A stretch of 64,000 nucleotides of DNA from a virus (taxonomy: Duplodnaviria > Caudoviricetes). Location: IMG/VR virus record IMGVR_UViG_3300033069_001940, positions 61,609 through 125,608 of that record; one strand, 5' to 3'. Position numbers and translations under genes: made by a program. A model generated the notes under the pieces. That model was not told the origin of the DNA. It ran no database searches and saw only the letters and a program-made list of their open reading frames with translations. Positions 8,536 through 18,059 of the stretch are shown here, piece by piece. The stretch's first letter is position 1. Each line of letters begins with the position of its first letter.

Positions 8536-10404
8536 ATGCATTCTAATATTAACAGTACAGAAATATTAAGCGAAATTACAATATTTAATAAATACGCCAA
8601 GTATGTTCCAGAAATATACAGGAGAGAAACTTGGGAAGAGTTATGCGAAAGAAATATGAATATGCATATTAAAAAATATCCTGAATTGGAGAATGAAATA
8701 AGATATGTGTATGCGAATTTTGTTCTGAAAAAGAAAGTGCTACCAAGCATGAGATCAATGCAATTTGCTGGTAAGCCAATTGAACTATCACCAAATAGAA
8801 TTTTTAATTGTGCATTTTGTCCTATTGATGATTATCGTGTTTTTTCTGAAATAATGTTTCTTTTGCTTGGCGGTACGGGTGTTGGATATTCTGTACAAAA
8901 ACATCATGTAGCAAAGCTTCCTCCAGTTAAAAAACCAGTGCGTACACGTCGGTATGTAGTTAGTGATTCAATTGAAGGTTGGGCCGACGCTGTAAAGGCG
9001 TTGGTTGGAGCCTACTTAGCCGGAAAGGCTTTACCAGTTTTTGATTATTCAGATATTAGACCTAAAGGCGCCGCCCTTGTTACGTCTGGCGGTAAAGCCC
9101 CAGGCCCTGAGCCTTTAAAAGATTGCATTCATAATTTACAAAAAATATTTGATAGAAAAAATGACGGAGAACAACTTACTACACTTGAAGCTCATGATGT
9201 AACTTGTTTTATAGCCGATGCAGTTTTGGCTGGCGGTATTCGTAGAGCCGCTTTAATTTCTTTATTTAATATTGATGATGAAGATATGTTAAGTTGTAAG
9301 GCTGGAAATTGGTGGGAGTTGAACCCACAAAGAGCCAGGGCTAATAATTCAGCCGTTGTCATGAGACATAAAGTTACTAAAGAAGATTTTATGAATCTTT
9401 GGTCCAAAGTAAAAGCTTCAAGAAGTGGCGAGCCAGGAATCTTATTCTCAAATAATTCCGAGTGGGGCACGAATCCTTGCAGCGAAATAGGTTTAAGACC
9501 ATTCCAATTTTGTAATTTGGTTGAAATAAATCTTTCAAATATTGAATCTCAAGAAGATCTTAATGAAAGAGCTAAAGCAGTTTCTTTTATTGCAACACTT
9601 CAGGCGGGATATACTGATTTTCATTATTTAAGAGACGTTTGGAAAAGAACAACGGAAAAAGACGCTTTGTTAGGCGTATCTGGCACCGGAATAGCATCAC
9701 AAGCTTATCTCAAGTGTAATTTACAAGAAGCGGCTGAAATAGTAAAACAAGAAAATAAAAGGATTGCTAAAATTATTGGTATCAATACTGCTGCTAGACA
9801 GACTTGTGTAAAACCTTCTGGCACCTCATCACTTGTTCTTGGTACATCATCAGGAATTCATGCCTGGTTTGATAAATTTTATATTCGTCGAATGAAGCTT
9901 GGCAAAAATGAGCCACTTTATAAGTATTTAAAAGAAAAAATGCCAAACTTAATTGAAGATGATTTCTTTAAACCAAATTTAGATGCATTTGTAATGATTC
10001 CAGTGGCGGCACCAAAAGACGCTGTAATTGCTCCAAATGAATCTGCTTTAGATCTATTAGAAAGAATTAAACATTTTTCTGAAAATTGGGTTAAGCCTGG
10101 CCATGTTAAAGGTGATAATACTCATAATGTTTCTGCGACTGTTTATATTAAGGACCATGAATGGGAAAATGTAGCTGAATGGATGTGGAGTAATAGAGAC
10201 TCATATAATGGGCTAGCTGTATTGCCATTTGATGGTGGTACTTATACGCAGGCTCCACATGAATCAATTACAGAAGAAAAATATAACGAATTAGTTTCGT
10301 ATATCAAAAATATTGATTTATCTGAAGTTGTTGAATCTATTGATAATACCTCTAGAAGTCAAGAACTTGCTTGTGCTGGCGGGGTTTGTGAAATTCAATA
10401 TTAG
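8536..10404 (+). CDS. nrdJ: Class II (B12-dependent) ribonucleotide reductase, monomeric type
   Basis: FNCAF, GGIRRAALI, TNPCSEI, FCNL, VKPSGT, C-terminal CAGGVCEI; no radical subunit adjacent. Confidence 0.93.
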   Translation: MHSNINSTEILSEITIFNKYAKYVPEIYRRETWEELCERNMNMHIKKYPELENEIRYVYANFVLKKKVLPSMRSMQFAGKPIELSPNRIFNCAFCPIDDYRVFSEIMFLLLGGTGVGYSVQKHHVAKLPPVKKPVRTRRYVVSDSIEGWADAVKALVGAYLAGKALPVFDYSDIRPKGAALVTSGGKAPGPEPLKDCIHNLQKIFDRKNDGEQLTTLEAHDVTCFIADAVLAGGIRRAALISLFNIDDEDMLSCKAGNWWELNPQRARANNSAVVMRHKVTKEDFMNLWSKVKASRSGEPGILFSNNSEWGTNPCSEIGLRPFQFCNLVEINLSNIESQEDLNERAKAVSFIATLQAGYTDFHYLRDVWKRTTEKDALLGVSGTGIASQAYLKCNLQEAAEIVKQENKRIAKIIGINTAARQTCVKPSGTSSLVLGTSSGIHAWFDKFYIRRMKLGKNEPLYKYLKEKMPNLIEDDFFKPNLDAFVMIPVAAPKDAVIAPNESALDLLERIKHFSENWVKPGHVKGDNTHNVSATVYIKDHEWENVAEWMWSNRDSYNGLAVLPFDGGTYTQAPHESITEEKYNELVSYIKNIDLSEVVESIDNTSRSQELACAGGVCEIQY

Positions 10405-10409
10405 CAAAT

Positions 10410-10790
10410 ATGGATAAATTAGTCCTATCTAATAGAGAAGATATTCGTAAGATTGAAGAAATGGAGCGAATTAATTTTATTCGCTCCATTCTTCTCTCTA
10501 TGGAAATTCCAATAGAAAATTGTTTTCCAGAAAATGAAGAAGATGAATGGTCTACTGAAAATAAAATTGAATTGAGAAAAATTTTATCACAATTTAAAAT
10601 AGATTTAGTAGATGATTTTGATGGAGGAATTAAAATTTTCGTTGATAAAGAAGTCATCGCTGAATGGTTTAAGCCTGTGTTTTTGTTAAAAACAGATTTT
10701 TCCGAGCCTAACCCTAAAAATAGACTCTATGCCGAGATACATTTTAGAGCGCGGTCTCTTTTTGAAGAACAGGAATCAAATGCCAGTTGA
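10410..10790 (+). CDS. Hypothetical protein
   Basis: 126-aa ORF in operon order. Confidence 0.7.
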   Translation: MDKLVLSNREDIRKIEEMERINFIRSILLSMEIPIENCFPENEEDEWSTENKIELRKILSQFKIDLVDDFDGGIKIFVDKEVIAEWFKPVFLLKTDFSEPNPKNRLYAEIHFRARSLFEEQESNAS

Positions 10791-11022
10791 CAAAATAACT
10801 GATGAAGAATTAATGATATTGCATCAACTTTCATATAAACAAGAAATCTCGGCCAACAAAGCTGAGAATGCTTTGTTGGAATCGCAATTATCAGAAAAAG
10901 AAAAACAAATTTTTATATTAAATTTATATGTCAAATATCAATTGGATTCTTCTTATAGGATCCAAAATAATGGCGAAATTAAAAAAATAGAAATTAAAGA
11001 AAAGGAATCTAAAGATGAATAA
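10780..11022 (+). CDS. Hypothetical protein
   Basis: Probable start MPVDK after AGGA SD. Confidence 0.6.
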   Translation: MPVDKITDEELMILHQLSYKQEISANKAENALLESQLSEKEKQIFILNLYVKYQLDSSYRIQNNGEIKKIEIKEKESKDE

Positions 11023-11329
11023 AAAATTTGAATTATTAGCAGAATACGCCGGATTAGTTACGGTTAGAAATCATTTAATGACTTTATTGGAAACTTCTAG
11101 AACTTTATTTGCTAAAGGCGACCAAAATAAAATTGCCAACTTAGTAAGAGAAATGGATAAAGAGCTTCTTAAAGTAGCTCTGTCTCCTAATGACGTCGAG
11201 GAAAATGTTCAGCCAGTAGTAGTTGTTAAGACTCCGCAAGCTCCGGTCACTACGGAAAACATGCCTGTTGATGTAGTTGTTGAAGAAAAGACTAAAAAGT
11301 CTTCTTTTCGTCGTGCTGGTCAAGAATAA
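11015..11329 (+). CDS. Hypothetical protein
   Basis: 104-aa ORF overlapping both neighbours by a few nt. Confidence 0.65.
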   Translation: MNKKFELLAEYAGLVTVRNHLMTLLETSRTLFAKGDQNKIANLVREMDKELLKVALSPNDVEENVQPVVVVKTPQAPVTTENMPVDVVVEEKTKKSSFRRAGQE

Positions 11330-12099
11330 TGAATTTTAGAGAAACTAATTTTATTGTATTAAATACGACTGAAGATTTTTATCAAAATCAAAAGATAGCA
11401 GGTAGTTGTGTTAAAGCCTGTCTTAATAGATCAGAGGAATTAGCTAAACCAGGAATCTCCCTGAGAGAAATAGAATATGAATGTCTTTTGATTTTAAATG
11501 AATATAAATGCAAACCAACCTTTCTTGGTTATAAAGGTTTTCCAGGGGCTATTTGCGCTTCAGTTAATAATCAATTAGTTCACGGAACACCTTCCGATTA
11601 TATTTTGCAATCTGGGGATTTATTAAAAATAGATCTTGGAGCTACATATAATGGCGCTATTGCAGACGCTGCTAGAACTTTTATTGTTGATAAAGCTTTT
11701 TCAATAGAACATGTAGAGCTAGTTAATAAATGCAGACAAGCTTTGGACGTGGCTAAAACTAGTGTTCAAGTAGGTAAAAGAATTGGTTCTATTGGATATG
11801 CAATAGATCGTTTTGTTAAGAAAAATTGTAGATTTAGTTTGATTACTAATTATGGCGGACATGGAATTTCGTTAAATGAGCCGCACGCTCAGCCATTTGT
11901 GCCGAATAGATCTAACTCTGATGAAGGAATTAGAATTCAACCTGGACTGACTATTGCAATTGAGCCGATGCTTTCTTTAAGTTCTAATTATACAAAAGTA
12001 GCTTCAGACGGCTGGACAGTTTTGTCAGATGGTGTTAGTTCTCATTTTGAAGATACAATTTACATTAAAAATGATGGTTCGATTGAGGTTTTAACATGA
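11329..12099 (+). CDS. map: Methionine aminopeptidase type I
   Basis: F.GY.GFP..IC.SVN...VHG.P, KIDLG, DAART, GHGI...HAQP, AIEPM, HFEDT. Confidence 0.95.
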   Translation: MNFRETNFIVLNTTEDFYQNQKIAGSCVKACLNRSEELAKPGISLREIEYECLLILNEYKCKPTFLGYKGFPGAICASVNNQLVHGTPSDYILQSGDLLKIDLGATYNGAIADAARTFIVDKAFSIEHVELVNKCRQALDVAKTSVQVGKRIGSIGYAIDRFVKKNCRFSLITNYGGHGISLNEPHAQPFVPNRSNSDEGIRIQPGLTIAIEPMLSLSSNYTKVASDGWTVLSDGVSSHFEDTIYIKNDGSIEVLT

Positions 12100-12434
12100 A
12101 AAAGAAAAATTATGGAATAATAGTAACAATGCCGGGGATGCAAAAGGTTGGAGAATTTGATTCTTTTACGGCTGAAGATTGTTATGGTCGAAGAAGTTTG
12201 GCCGCTGTGAAATTAGAAGCTAATTTGTTTGATTTAAGCAGAAAGCAAAGCACAACAAATCAAACTTTAAAATTTTTGTATGCAGAAGAATTATCGCCAG
12301 GCAATTATCGTCAAATCGACGATCTTGGTTATGGATTATTAACTGGTGCTGCTATTGTTGATAATAAGCAGGTTTATTTACAATTAGCTGAATTTATTAA
12401 AGAACCTAAGAATACTAAATTGACAAAAAATTAA
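12096..12434 (+). CDS. Hypothetical protein
   Basis: 112-aa ORF, ATGA overlap. Confidence 0.65.
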   Translation: MKKKNYGIIVTMPGMQKVGEFDSFTAEDCYGRRSLAAVKLEANLFDLSRKQSTTNQTLKFLYAEELSPGNYRQIDDLGYGLLTGAAIVDNKQVYLQLAEFIKEPKNTKLTKN

Positions 12435-12443
12435 AAGGCAAAT

Positions 12444-13235
12444 ATGGTTTTACCTAAAGTTGGCGCAAGATTAGATCCGCCAAATGAAAATTATAAAAAA
12501 TTCGACAAATCAATGATCTCAAATTATCTTCCCATTTTAAATGGAAATGTTGATTTGAGAGAATTTACTTCGCCGAGACATAATCAAAGAAAAACAAGTA
12601 CATGTACTTGCCAAAGTGCTGTTAAGGCTTTAGAAATCAAAAGAATCATGAAATATGGTAAAGAAGCTCATGTTCCTTTATCAGTTATGGATCTTTATTA
12701 TGGCGCCAGAGACTTGATGGATCCTAAAGAAACAGATAGAGATGAGGGTACTTATCTTTATTTGGTTTGTGATGTTTTGAGAAGATTTGGAGTTTGTCGA
12801 GAGGAGTTAAATCCTTTTGATGAAAAAAACTTATTTGTGCCAACTCCAATTATGGCAACCAGAGAATCTTATATGAATAAGATTTCTGCTAATTATCGAA
12901 TTAGTTCAACCGGAAATGATCGCGTAGATGATGTTATTAATAATCTTAGAGTTGGTAATCCGGTTATTTTTGCCACAAGGGTGGGTATGAATTGGATGCT
13001 ATATAATTCTAATTCTAAACCATTAGAAATAACATCTATGGATAATTCTATCGGTAATCATGCTATTTGTATAGTAGGGTGGGTTGATGGAAAATTTGTG
13101 ATAGAAAACAGTTGGGGTAATGGCTGGGGAGATGATGGATTTGCTTACTTACAACCAGAAGTAATAGCTGATTGTGGAAGCGTAGATTTTTGGGTAATAG
13201 CGGAGGGATCGGAGGCTTGGTATGAAAAAGCTTAG
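12444..13235 (+). CDS. Papain-family (C1) cysteine peptidase
   Basis: VDLR, NQ..TSTC, NHAICIVG, ENSWGNGWGDDGF. Confidence 0.9.
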   Translation: MVLPKVGARLDPPNENYKKFDKSMISNYLPILNGNVDLREFTSPRHNQRKTSTCTCQSAVKALEIKRIMKYGKEAHVPLSVMDLYYGARDLMDPKETDRDEGTYLYLVCDVLRRFGVCREELNPFDEKNLFVPTPIMATRESYMNKISANYRISSTGNDRVDDVINNLRVGNPVIFATRVGMNWMLYNSNSKPLEITSMDNSIGNHAICIVGWVDGKFVIENSWGNGWGDDGFAYLQPEVIADCGSVDFWVIAEGSEAWYEKA

Positions 13236-13563
13236 TAGTTTTTTATTGTTTTTGATGTTATTAATTTTAATTCCATCTTGTATTGAAACGCAAAAGCCAG
13301 GCGTTTCTCCAACTGTACCAACAGATACGGCTTTTTGCCGGCCAGGATGTGAGCATTTGCAATCCTTAACTGGAAAAGACGGTAAATTATCCTGTGAAGA
13401 GGCAAGGCCATTACATATGCCAAGTGGAGAGATTATTTCTTGCGAAAAGTTTTGTCAAGATACTCAAAATGCAGGAAGAAACCTTTATCCAAGTTGTTGG
13501 CTAGAGGTTACTAGTTGTGATCAAATAGAAACATTTAGACTACGTAGTGGGCCATGCAAATGA
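13222..13563 (+). CDS. Cys-rich predicted lipoprotein
   Basis: MKK + hydrophobic stretch + IPSC lipobox-like; further Cys residues in the mature part. Confidence 0.7.
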   Translation: MKKLSSFLLFLMLLILIPSCIETQKPGVSPTVPTDTAFCRPGCEHLQSLTGKDGKLSCEEARPLHMPSGEIISCEKFCQDTQNAGRNLYPSCWLEVTSCDQIETFRLRSGPCK

Positions 13564-13739
13564 AAATTAATTTTGATAGTTCAGATGTTAATTATATAGA
13601 AATATATAAATCAGATAATGGAACAATAGGCGTCGTTATTTCGGCAAAGGATAATACTAAGCCTAATTCTAGTATTGTAAATTCTTGCTCTTTAAGCGTG
13701 GAACAATTTAATAAAATATTAGAGGAAATTAAAAAATGA
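13560..13739 (+). CDS. Hypothetical protein
   Basis: Small ORF, ATGA overlaps both sides. Confidence 0.6.
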   Translation: MKINFDSSDVNYIEIYKSDNGTIGVVISAKDNTKPNSSIVNSCSLSVEQFNKILEEIKK

Positions 13740-14047
13740 AATATAATGATTTTTTAAAAGATCTTAAAAATAAAGAGGCAATAGAACATCTTTTTAAGAT
13801 ATTTGGTAATTGTTGCGCTTATGATTTTCTTCCTTTATTATCTAGGGCAATAGAATTTAGAATTGAAGATTTGGAACAAACAAATAAAATGTTTACTCAA
13901 CGTTATTTGACAAATGATGGAATAATCATTTCAGTTACAGATCATGAAATTAAACAATTACAAAATTTAAAAGACGCTTTACGTTCTATAAACGTTTCTA
14001 AGTTTAAAGAAGAAAATGTCCGAGAGGACGAGAAATTAAATACTTAA
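13736..14047 (+). CDS. Hypothetical protein
   Basis: 103-aa ORF. Confidence 0.65.
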   Translation: MKYNDFLKDLKNKEAIEHLFKIFGNCCAYDFLPLLSRAIEFRIEDLEQTNKMFTQRYLTNDGIIISVTDHEIKQLQNLKDALRSINVSKFKEENVREDEKLNT

Positions 14048-14089
14048 CAAGTTATCTGCTAAGGAAGCAGAAAGGTAGGATACGTTAGA

Positions 14090-14401
14090 ATGATTGATAA
14101 AAGAGTAAAAGAGACTGTGCTAAAAATTAGCGCTCGCAAACTAAAGAACAATACTCAGAGAGCCCTCTTAGCTTTATTGAAAGCTGATGGTGAATGGGTT
14201 TCACGACGAAGTTTGCGTATTCCGTCAGTTGCAGCTAGATTACGAGATCTTCGTAAAGAACAATATGGGGAATTCGAAGTAGTTTGCAATGTAACTAGTA
14301 AAGATAACCCCTTTCAAAACAAAAGGGGTACATATTACAGAATTAACCCTAGATCTGTGACACTTAATCGTGTCCTTAAAGTTTTTGAGGGGGTGATATA
14401 A
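14090..14401 (+). CDS. Winged-helix DNA-binding protein
   Basis: GEWVS...SVAARLRDLRK..YG...V...YYRI pattern. Confidence 0.65.
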   Translation: MIDKRVKETVLKISARKLKNNTQRALLALLKADGEWVSRRSLRIPSVAARLRDLRKEQYGEFEVVCNVTSKDNPFQNKRGTYYRINPRSVTLNRVLKVFEGVI

Positions 14402-14435
14402 ACAAACAATTGTAGTACATAATTGTACGCTTTTT

Positions 14436-14468
14436 AAAAGCCGGGGAGAATTTCTCCCCGGCTTTTTT
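14436..14468 (+). terminator. Intrinsic (probably bidirectional) terminator
   Basis: AAAAGCCGGGGAGAA/TTCTCCCCGGCTTTT inverted repeat followed by T run. Confidence 0.9.
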
Positions 14469-14511
14469 CATTTGTCTTTTGAAAAAGATATATAGTACAA
14501 GAAAGGATAAG

Positions 14512-15165
14512 ATGAAAGAAAATTTTACAAAATATTTATGTCAATATTACCCTAAGTTTAAAGTAATTAATAAAGATCAATCATTATTAATGAAGTTATT
14601 TGTTAAATTATTATTTTTTAATAATTTTAATAAATTTGCTACTACGATTGGCTATACATGTTATCTTCCAGATAATTTTAATGATAATTATGATACATTA
14701 ACAGTTATTGCTCATGAATATCAGCATGCGAAAGATTACGGTAAATTAAAGCTTTTATTTCCAATAATTTATTTATTCCCACAATTATTATTTTTAGCGG
14801 TGGTATTGTTCCCAGTTATTAAATTCTGGTCATTAATATTTTTGTTATTTTTGCTTCCTTTGCCGGCTTATGGCAGAATGAAGTTGGAATTAAGAGGATA
14901 CGTAATGAGTTTATTTGCTTACACAATGATTTATAGATATCTGGGAATAGAAAATATTTCAGAAAGACAAATTAATCTGGTAAATACATTTGAAAAACAT
15001 TTTACTAGTTCCTCTTATTATTTTATGTGGCCATTTGGGGTAAGAAAATATTTGATACTTTCTCTTAACGAGATTAATTCTGATTCTATACTTGATGATG
15101 TTACATTTTTAGAAGTAAAAAATGCATTAGAATTAACTTTTGAGAATAATTCGTCAATCTCTTGA
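14512..15165 (+). CDS. Membrane-associated HExxH metallopeptidase-like protein
   Basis: Start after AAGGA SD; TTIG..., IAHEYQH, hydrophobic segment, ELRGY. Confidence 0.65.
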   Translation: MKENFTKYLCQYYPKFKVINKDQSLLMKLFVKLLFFNNFNKFATTIGYTCYLPDNFNDNYDTLTVIAHEYQHAKDYGKLKLLFPIIYLFPQLLFLAVVLFPVIKFWSLIFLLFLLPLPAYGRMKLELRGYVMSLFAYTMIYRYLGIENISERQINLVNTFEKHFTSSSYYFMWPFGVRKYLILSLNEINSDSILDDVTFLEVKNALELTFENNSSIS

Positions 15166-15200
15166 TATAGCTTCGTTGAAACTAACTATATTCGGAGATT

Positions 15201-16406
15201 ATGATAACATTAGATTGTGGAATTATTGGTGGTGGTGTTGCTGGTGTTTTTGCAGCCTTGCGTATTTCTGAAAATTATCCTAATTTAAAAACAATAATTT
15301 TTGATATTTCTGCTCCCGCCGCCAAGCGTAGAAGATTTTTAGAAGGTTGGTTGGGGTGCTTGCCTAATTCAAATGGCAGATTTTATGTTTCAGATTTTGA
15401 AAAATTAAGTAGTATGATTGATGGAAGAAAATCGCATCATATTTCTAAATGGGTTTTAGATCAATTAAAAAATATTTCAAATATAAAAGAGACAAAAAAT
15501 CAATCACCAACAGCTTCTTTACAAAAAAAAATAAAACAAGATGGATTTGAGATAAGCCACAGCAATTATTATCAATGGTATCCAGAGCAAATTCATTTAT
15601 TATCTAAAAATATTGTAGATAGAATGCAAGATAATAAAAATTTAATATTTTCTTTTGAAAATGAAGTTTATAAAATTTTAAAAAAGAAAAATTATTTTTT
15701 AGTTTCAACCTCTCAAGGAGATTTTGCTTGTAAAAAAATTCTACTTTGCGCTGGTAGAAGTGGTTGGAGATGGGTTAATAATTTATATAAAGAATTTGGA
15801 TTAGTTACAGAAGACCAGGGTAGTTTTGGTATTAGAGCAGAAATTGGTTCTCAATATATGAAAGAATTTAATCAATCTCATTGCACAATATCAAATGAAG
15901 AAATAGAAATTGGACCCTTGAATTGGTTTGGTACGGTGATACCAGAAGATCATGCGGATTTAGTTTTATCAGGATTTAGGTCTAATGAAGTTAGGTGGAA
16001 GAGTGATAAAGTTTCTTTTTCTATTTTAAATAAAAATTTATTTAAAAACGACGGCGTAAATCAAATAGATAGAATAGCCAAATTATCTTTTATCATTGCT
16101 AATGATAGGGTGGCAAAAGACAAAATAAAAAATATTTTAAATAAAAATTCTCAATTAAATTTACTACCAGAATTTTCTTGGTTGACAGATACTTTAAATA
16201 AAGTTAATAACTTTATTCCAGAATTAATTTCAAAAGGTAGTTTTTTTATTCCAGAAGTGAATCCTCTTTGTTCTAAGATTAATATTAAAAATAACTTAGA
16301 GACAGATATAGAAGATTTTTTTGTAGCCGGAGAAAGTGCTGGTTATAAAGGTTTATTGTTCGCCGCCGCTTCTGGAGCAGCAGCGGCTGATTTTATTGGT
16401 AGGTGA
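15201..16406 (+). CDS. FAD-dependent oxidoreductase
   Basis: IIGGGVAG..AA Rossmann motif, AGRSG, ET....FFVAGESAG..GL..AAASG. Confidence 0.8.
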   Translation: MITLDCGIIGGGVAGVFAALRISENYPNLKTIIFDISAPAAKRRRFLEGWLGCLPNSNGRFYVSDFEKLSSMIDGRKSHHISKWVLDQLKNISNIKETKNQSPTASLQKKIKQDGFEISHSNYYQWYPEQIHLLSKNIVDRMQDNKNLIFSFENEVYKILKKKNYFLVSTSQGDFACKKILLCAGRSGWRWVNNLYKEFGLVTEDQGSFGIRAEIGSQYMKEFNQSHCTISNEEIEIGPLNWFGTVIPEDHADLVLSGFRSNEVRWKSDKVSFSILNKNLFKNDGVNQIDRIAKLSFIIANDRVAKDKIKNILNKNSQLNLLPEFSWLTDTLNKVNNFIPELISKGSFFIPEVNPLCSKINIKNNLETDIEDFFVAGESAGYKGLLFAAASGAAAADFIGR

Positions 16407-16409
16407 AAT

Positions 16410-16760
16410 ATGCAAGAAGATAAAGTAAAATATTTGTATCAAGACGATGAATTATTAAATGAATCTAAAGGCATTAGTTTTCATCAGCTTAAAGCTGATA
16501 ACGAATTGTTTCAGGAAGAGGATTATGTTCCTCAAACATTAATAAACGTTAAGAGAGTTACTTCTAAACGAGAGACAAAAGAAGATTGGGTAATCTACCA
16601 AGATAAAAAAATTGTTTTGAGATTAAAGGGAAATAGATTTTCTACCAAAGAAAAACAATTTTTAAGAACTGTTGATGGAATGAAATTTATTATTTCAGAA
16701 TATAAAAATGGTTTAAAATCTATTAATGCTTTTAAAAATAAATTAAAGGAAATTTTATGA
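16410..16760 (+). CDS. Hypothetical protein
   Basis: 116-aa ORF. Confidence 0.7.
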   Translation: MQEDKVKYLYQDDELLNESKGISFHQLKADNELFQEEDYVPQTLINVKRVTSKRETKEDWVIYQDKKIVLRLKGNRFSTKEKQFLRTVDGMKFIISEYKNGLKSINAFKNKLKEIL

Positions 16761-16900
16761 TTATATTTAAAGGGTTTAAAATTAAAGATAAAATACCTCA
16801 TATTTTATTTGAATCTAATGGTATCATTATAGAAGTTCCTATTGATATTGTAACCGCTGATAGAATTTCTGGATATTTAAATAAAATAACAACTAAGTGA
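16757..16900 (+). CDS. Small hypothetical protein (47 aa, not in ORF track)
   Basis: MIIFKGFKIKDKIPHILFESNG...KITTK; AAGGA SD, ATGA overlap; stop codon supplied by the mini-IS. Confidence 0.6.
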   Translation: MIIFKGFKIKDKIPHILFESNGIIIEVPIDIVTADRISGYLNKITTK

Positions 16901-16947
16901 ACACTCTCTCGCCTAAAGGCGAGAGCTTTTCGATTTCTGTAAGAAGG
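16897..16947 (-). mobile_element. 51-bp non-autonomous mini-derivative of the tnpB element (right end fused to left end)
   Basis: First 40 nt match the element right end 53367-53406 (38/40); last 11 nt match left end 54582-54592 (9/11); followed by ATAAA (TTTAT on element strand). Confidence 0.9.
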
Positions 16948-17064
16948 ATAAATATAAACTAAAAATTTAAATTGTGAAATGCAATTATTTATGACTTTAC
17001 AATATATTAACTTACACTTATCATTAAGCTGATATCAATTGATATCTAAGGTGAATAGATATTT

Positions 17065-17727
17065 ATGGAAAATGTAGGTTATACAATTTATGTGTGTGAC
17101 ACAGAAACAACATCGTTAAATCCAGAAACGGGCGACGTCATAGAGGTGTCTATGTGCCGTCTTCTTATTTCTAAAGATGGAAAACATGAGCGTGAGCAAA
17201 AAACTTGGTTAATCAAAGCTTTAAATCCGGCCGGAATTGAAGATGAAGCTTTGGCTGTTAGCGGTCATAAGAGAGAAGATATTACTCATTTCTCTAAATT
17301 TGGTAAAGAGAATTATCGTTTAGCGGCTGATGTAGTTGCTGAAATTGAAGAATGGATTGCTTGCGATGATGTTAGCGCAATAGATAGAATTTTCGCTGGA
17401 CAGAATCCGATGTTTGATGTTTCGCATCTTCAAGCTTTATGGAGAAAAGTTGGCTGCGAAAATACTTTTCCTTTTGCTTTGGAAAAAGGAAATCGAATTA
17501 TTGATACTAGACAGATTGCGATTCTTATTGATCTTTGTACCGGCCGCCGCCGACAATATTATAACTTATCGTCTTTGGTTAAAGCTTTTGGCGTTAAAAA
17601 AGGCAAAGCGCATCAGGCGGCTGAAGACGTTCGAATGACCACTGATTTGTTATTAGCTTATCTAGAGCCATTAATAAGCATTATTGTCGAGAAGTTTAGT
17701 AACTGTTATCCTGATTCTGAGGAATAA
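17065..17727 (+). CDS. DEDDh 3'-5' exonuclease (DnaQ-like)
   Basis: VCDTETT, AGQN..FD, IDT, AHQAAEDV. Confidence 0.9.
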   Translation: MENVGYTIYVCDTETTSLNPETGDVIEVSMCRLLISKDGKHEREQKTWLIKALNPAGIEDEALAVSGHKREDITHFSKFGKENYRLAADVVAEIEEWIACDDVSAIDRIFAGQNPMFDVSHLQALWRKVGCENTFPFALEKGNRIIDTRQIAILIDLCTGRRRQYYNLSSLVKAFGVKKGKAHQAAEDVRMTTDLLLAYLEPLISIIVEKFSNCYPDSEE

Positions 17728-17744
17728 ATTATTTGGTGTTTAGG

Positions 17745-18059
17745 ATGGATAAAAAGAATATTGCAATTATTAGTTTAATTTTAGCTAAAGTTTCTGGTAT
17801 TGCTGGTGTAGTTTTAGGATTTACTTCTGGAATTACTAGATTAATGGGTGGCGGTTTACTTGGATTAGCAGCAGTATTTTTAGTTAATTGTTTTATATTT
17901 TGCATTTTAGAAATGAAAAAGAATAATTCTGTCGATGAGCAAGAAGATGCGCTCCAGAAAAATATTTTAAAATTACAAAATACATTAAAGCTGACTAAGC
18001 TGGAATTAGAAGGATTGCAAGCTAAAAGAGACTTAGCTAAGTTTATGTCAAAGATGTGA
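17745..18059 (+). CDS. Two-TM membrane protein with C-terminal coiled coil
   Basis: Two hydrophobic segments then heptad-rich tail. Confidence 0.65.
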   Translation: MDKKNIAIISLILAKVSGIAGVVLGFTSGITRLMGGGLLGLAAVFLVNCFIFCILEMKKNNSVDEQEDALQKNILKLQNTLKLTKLELEGLQAKRDLAKFMSKM

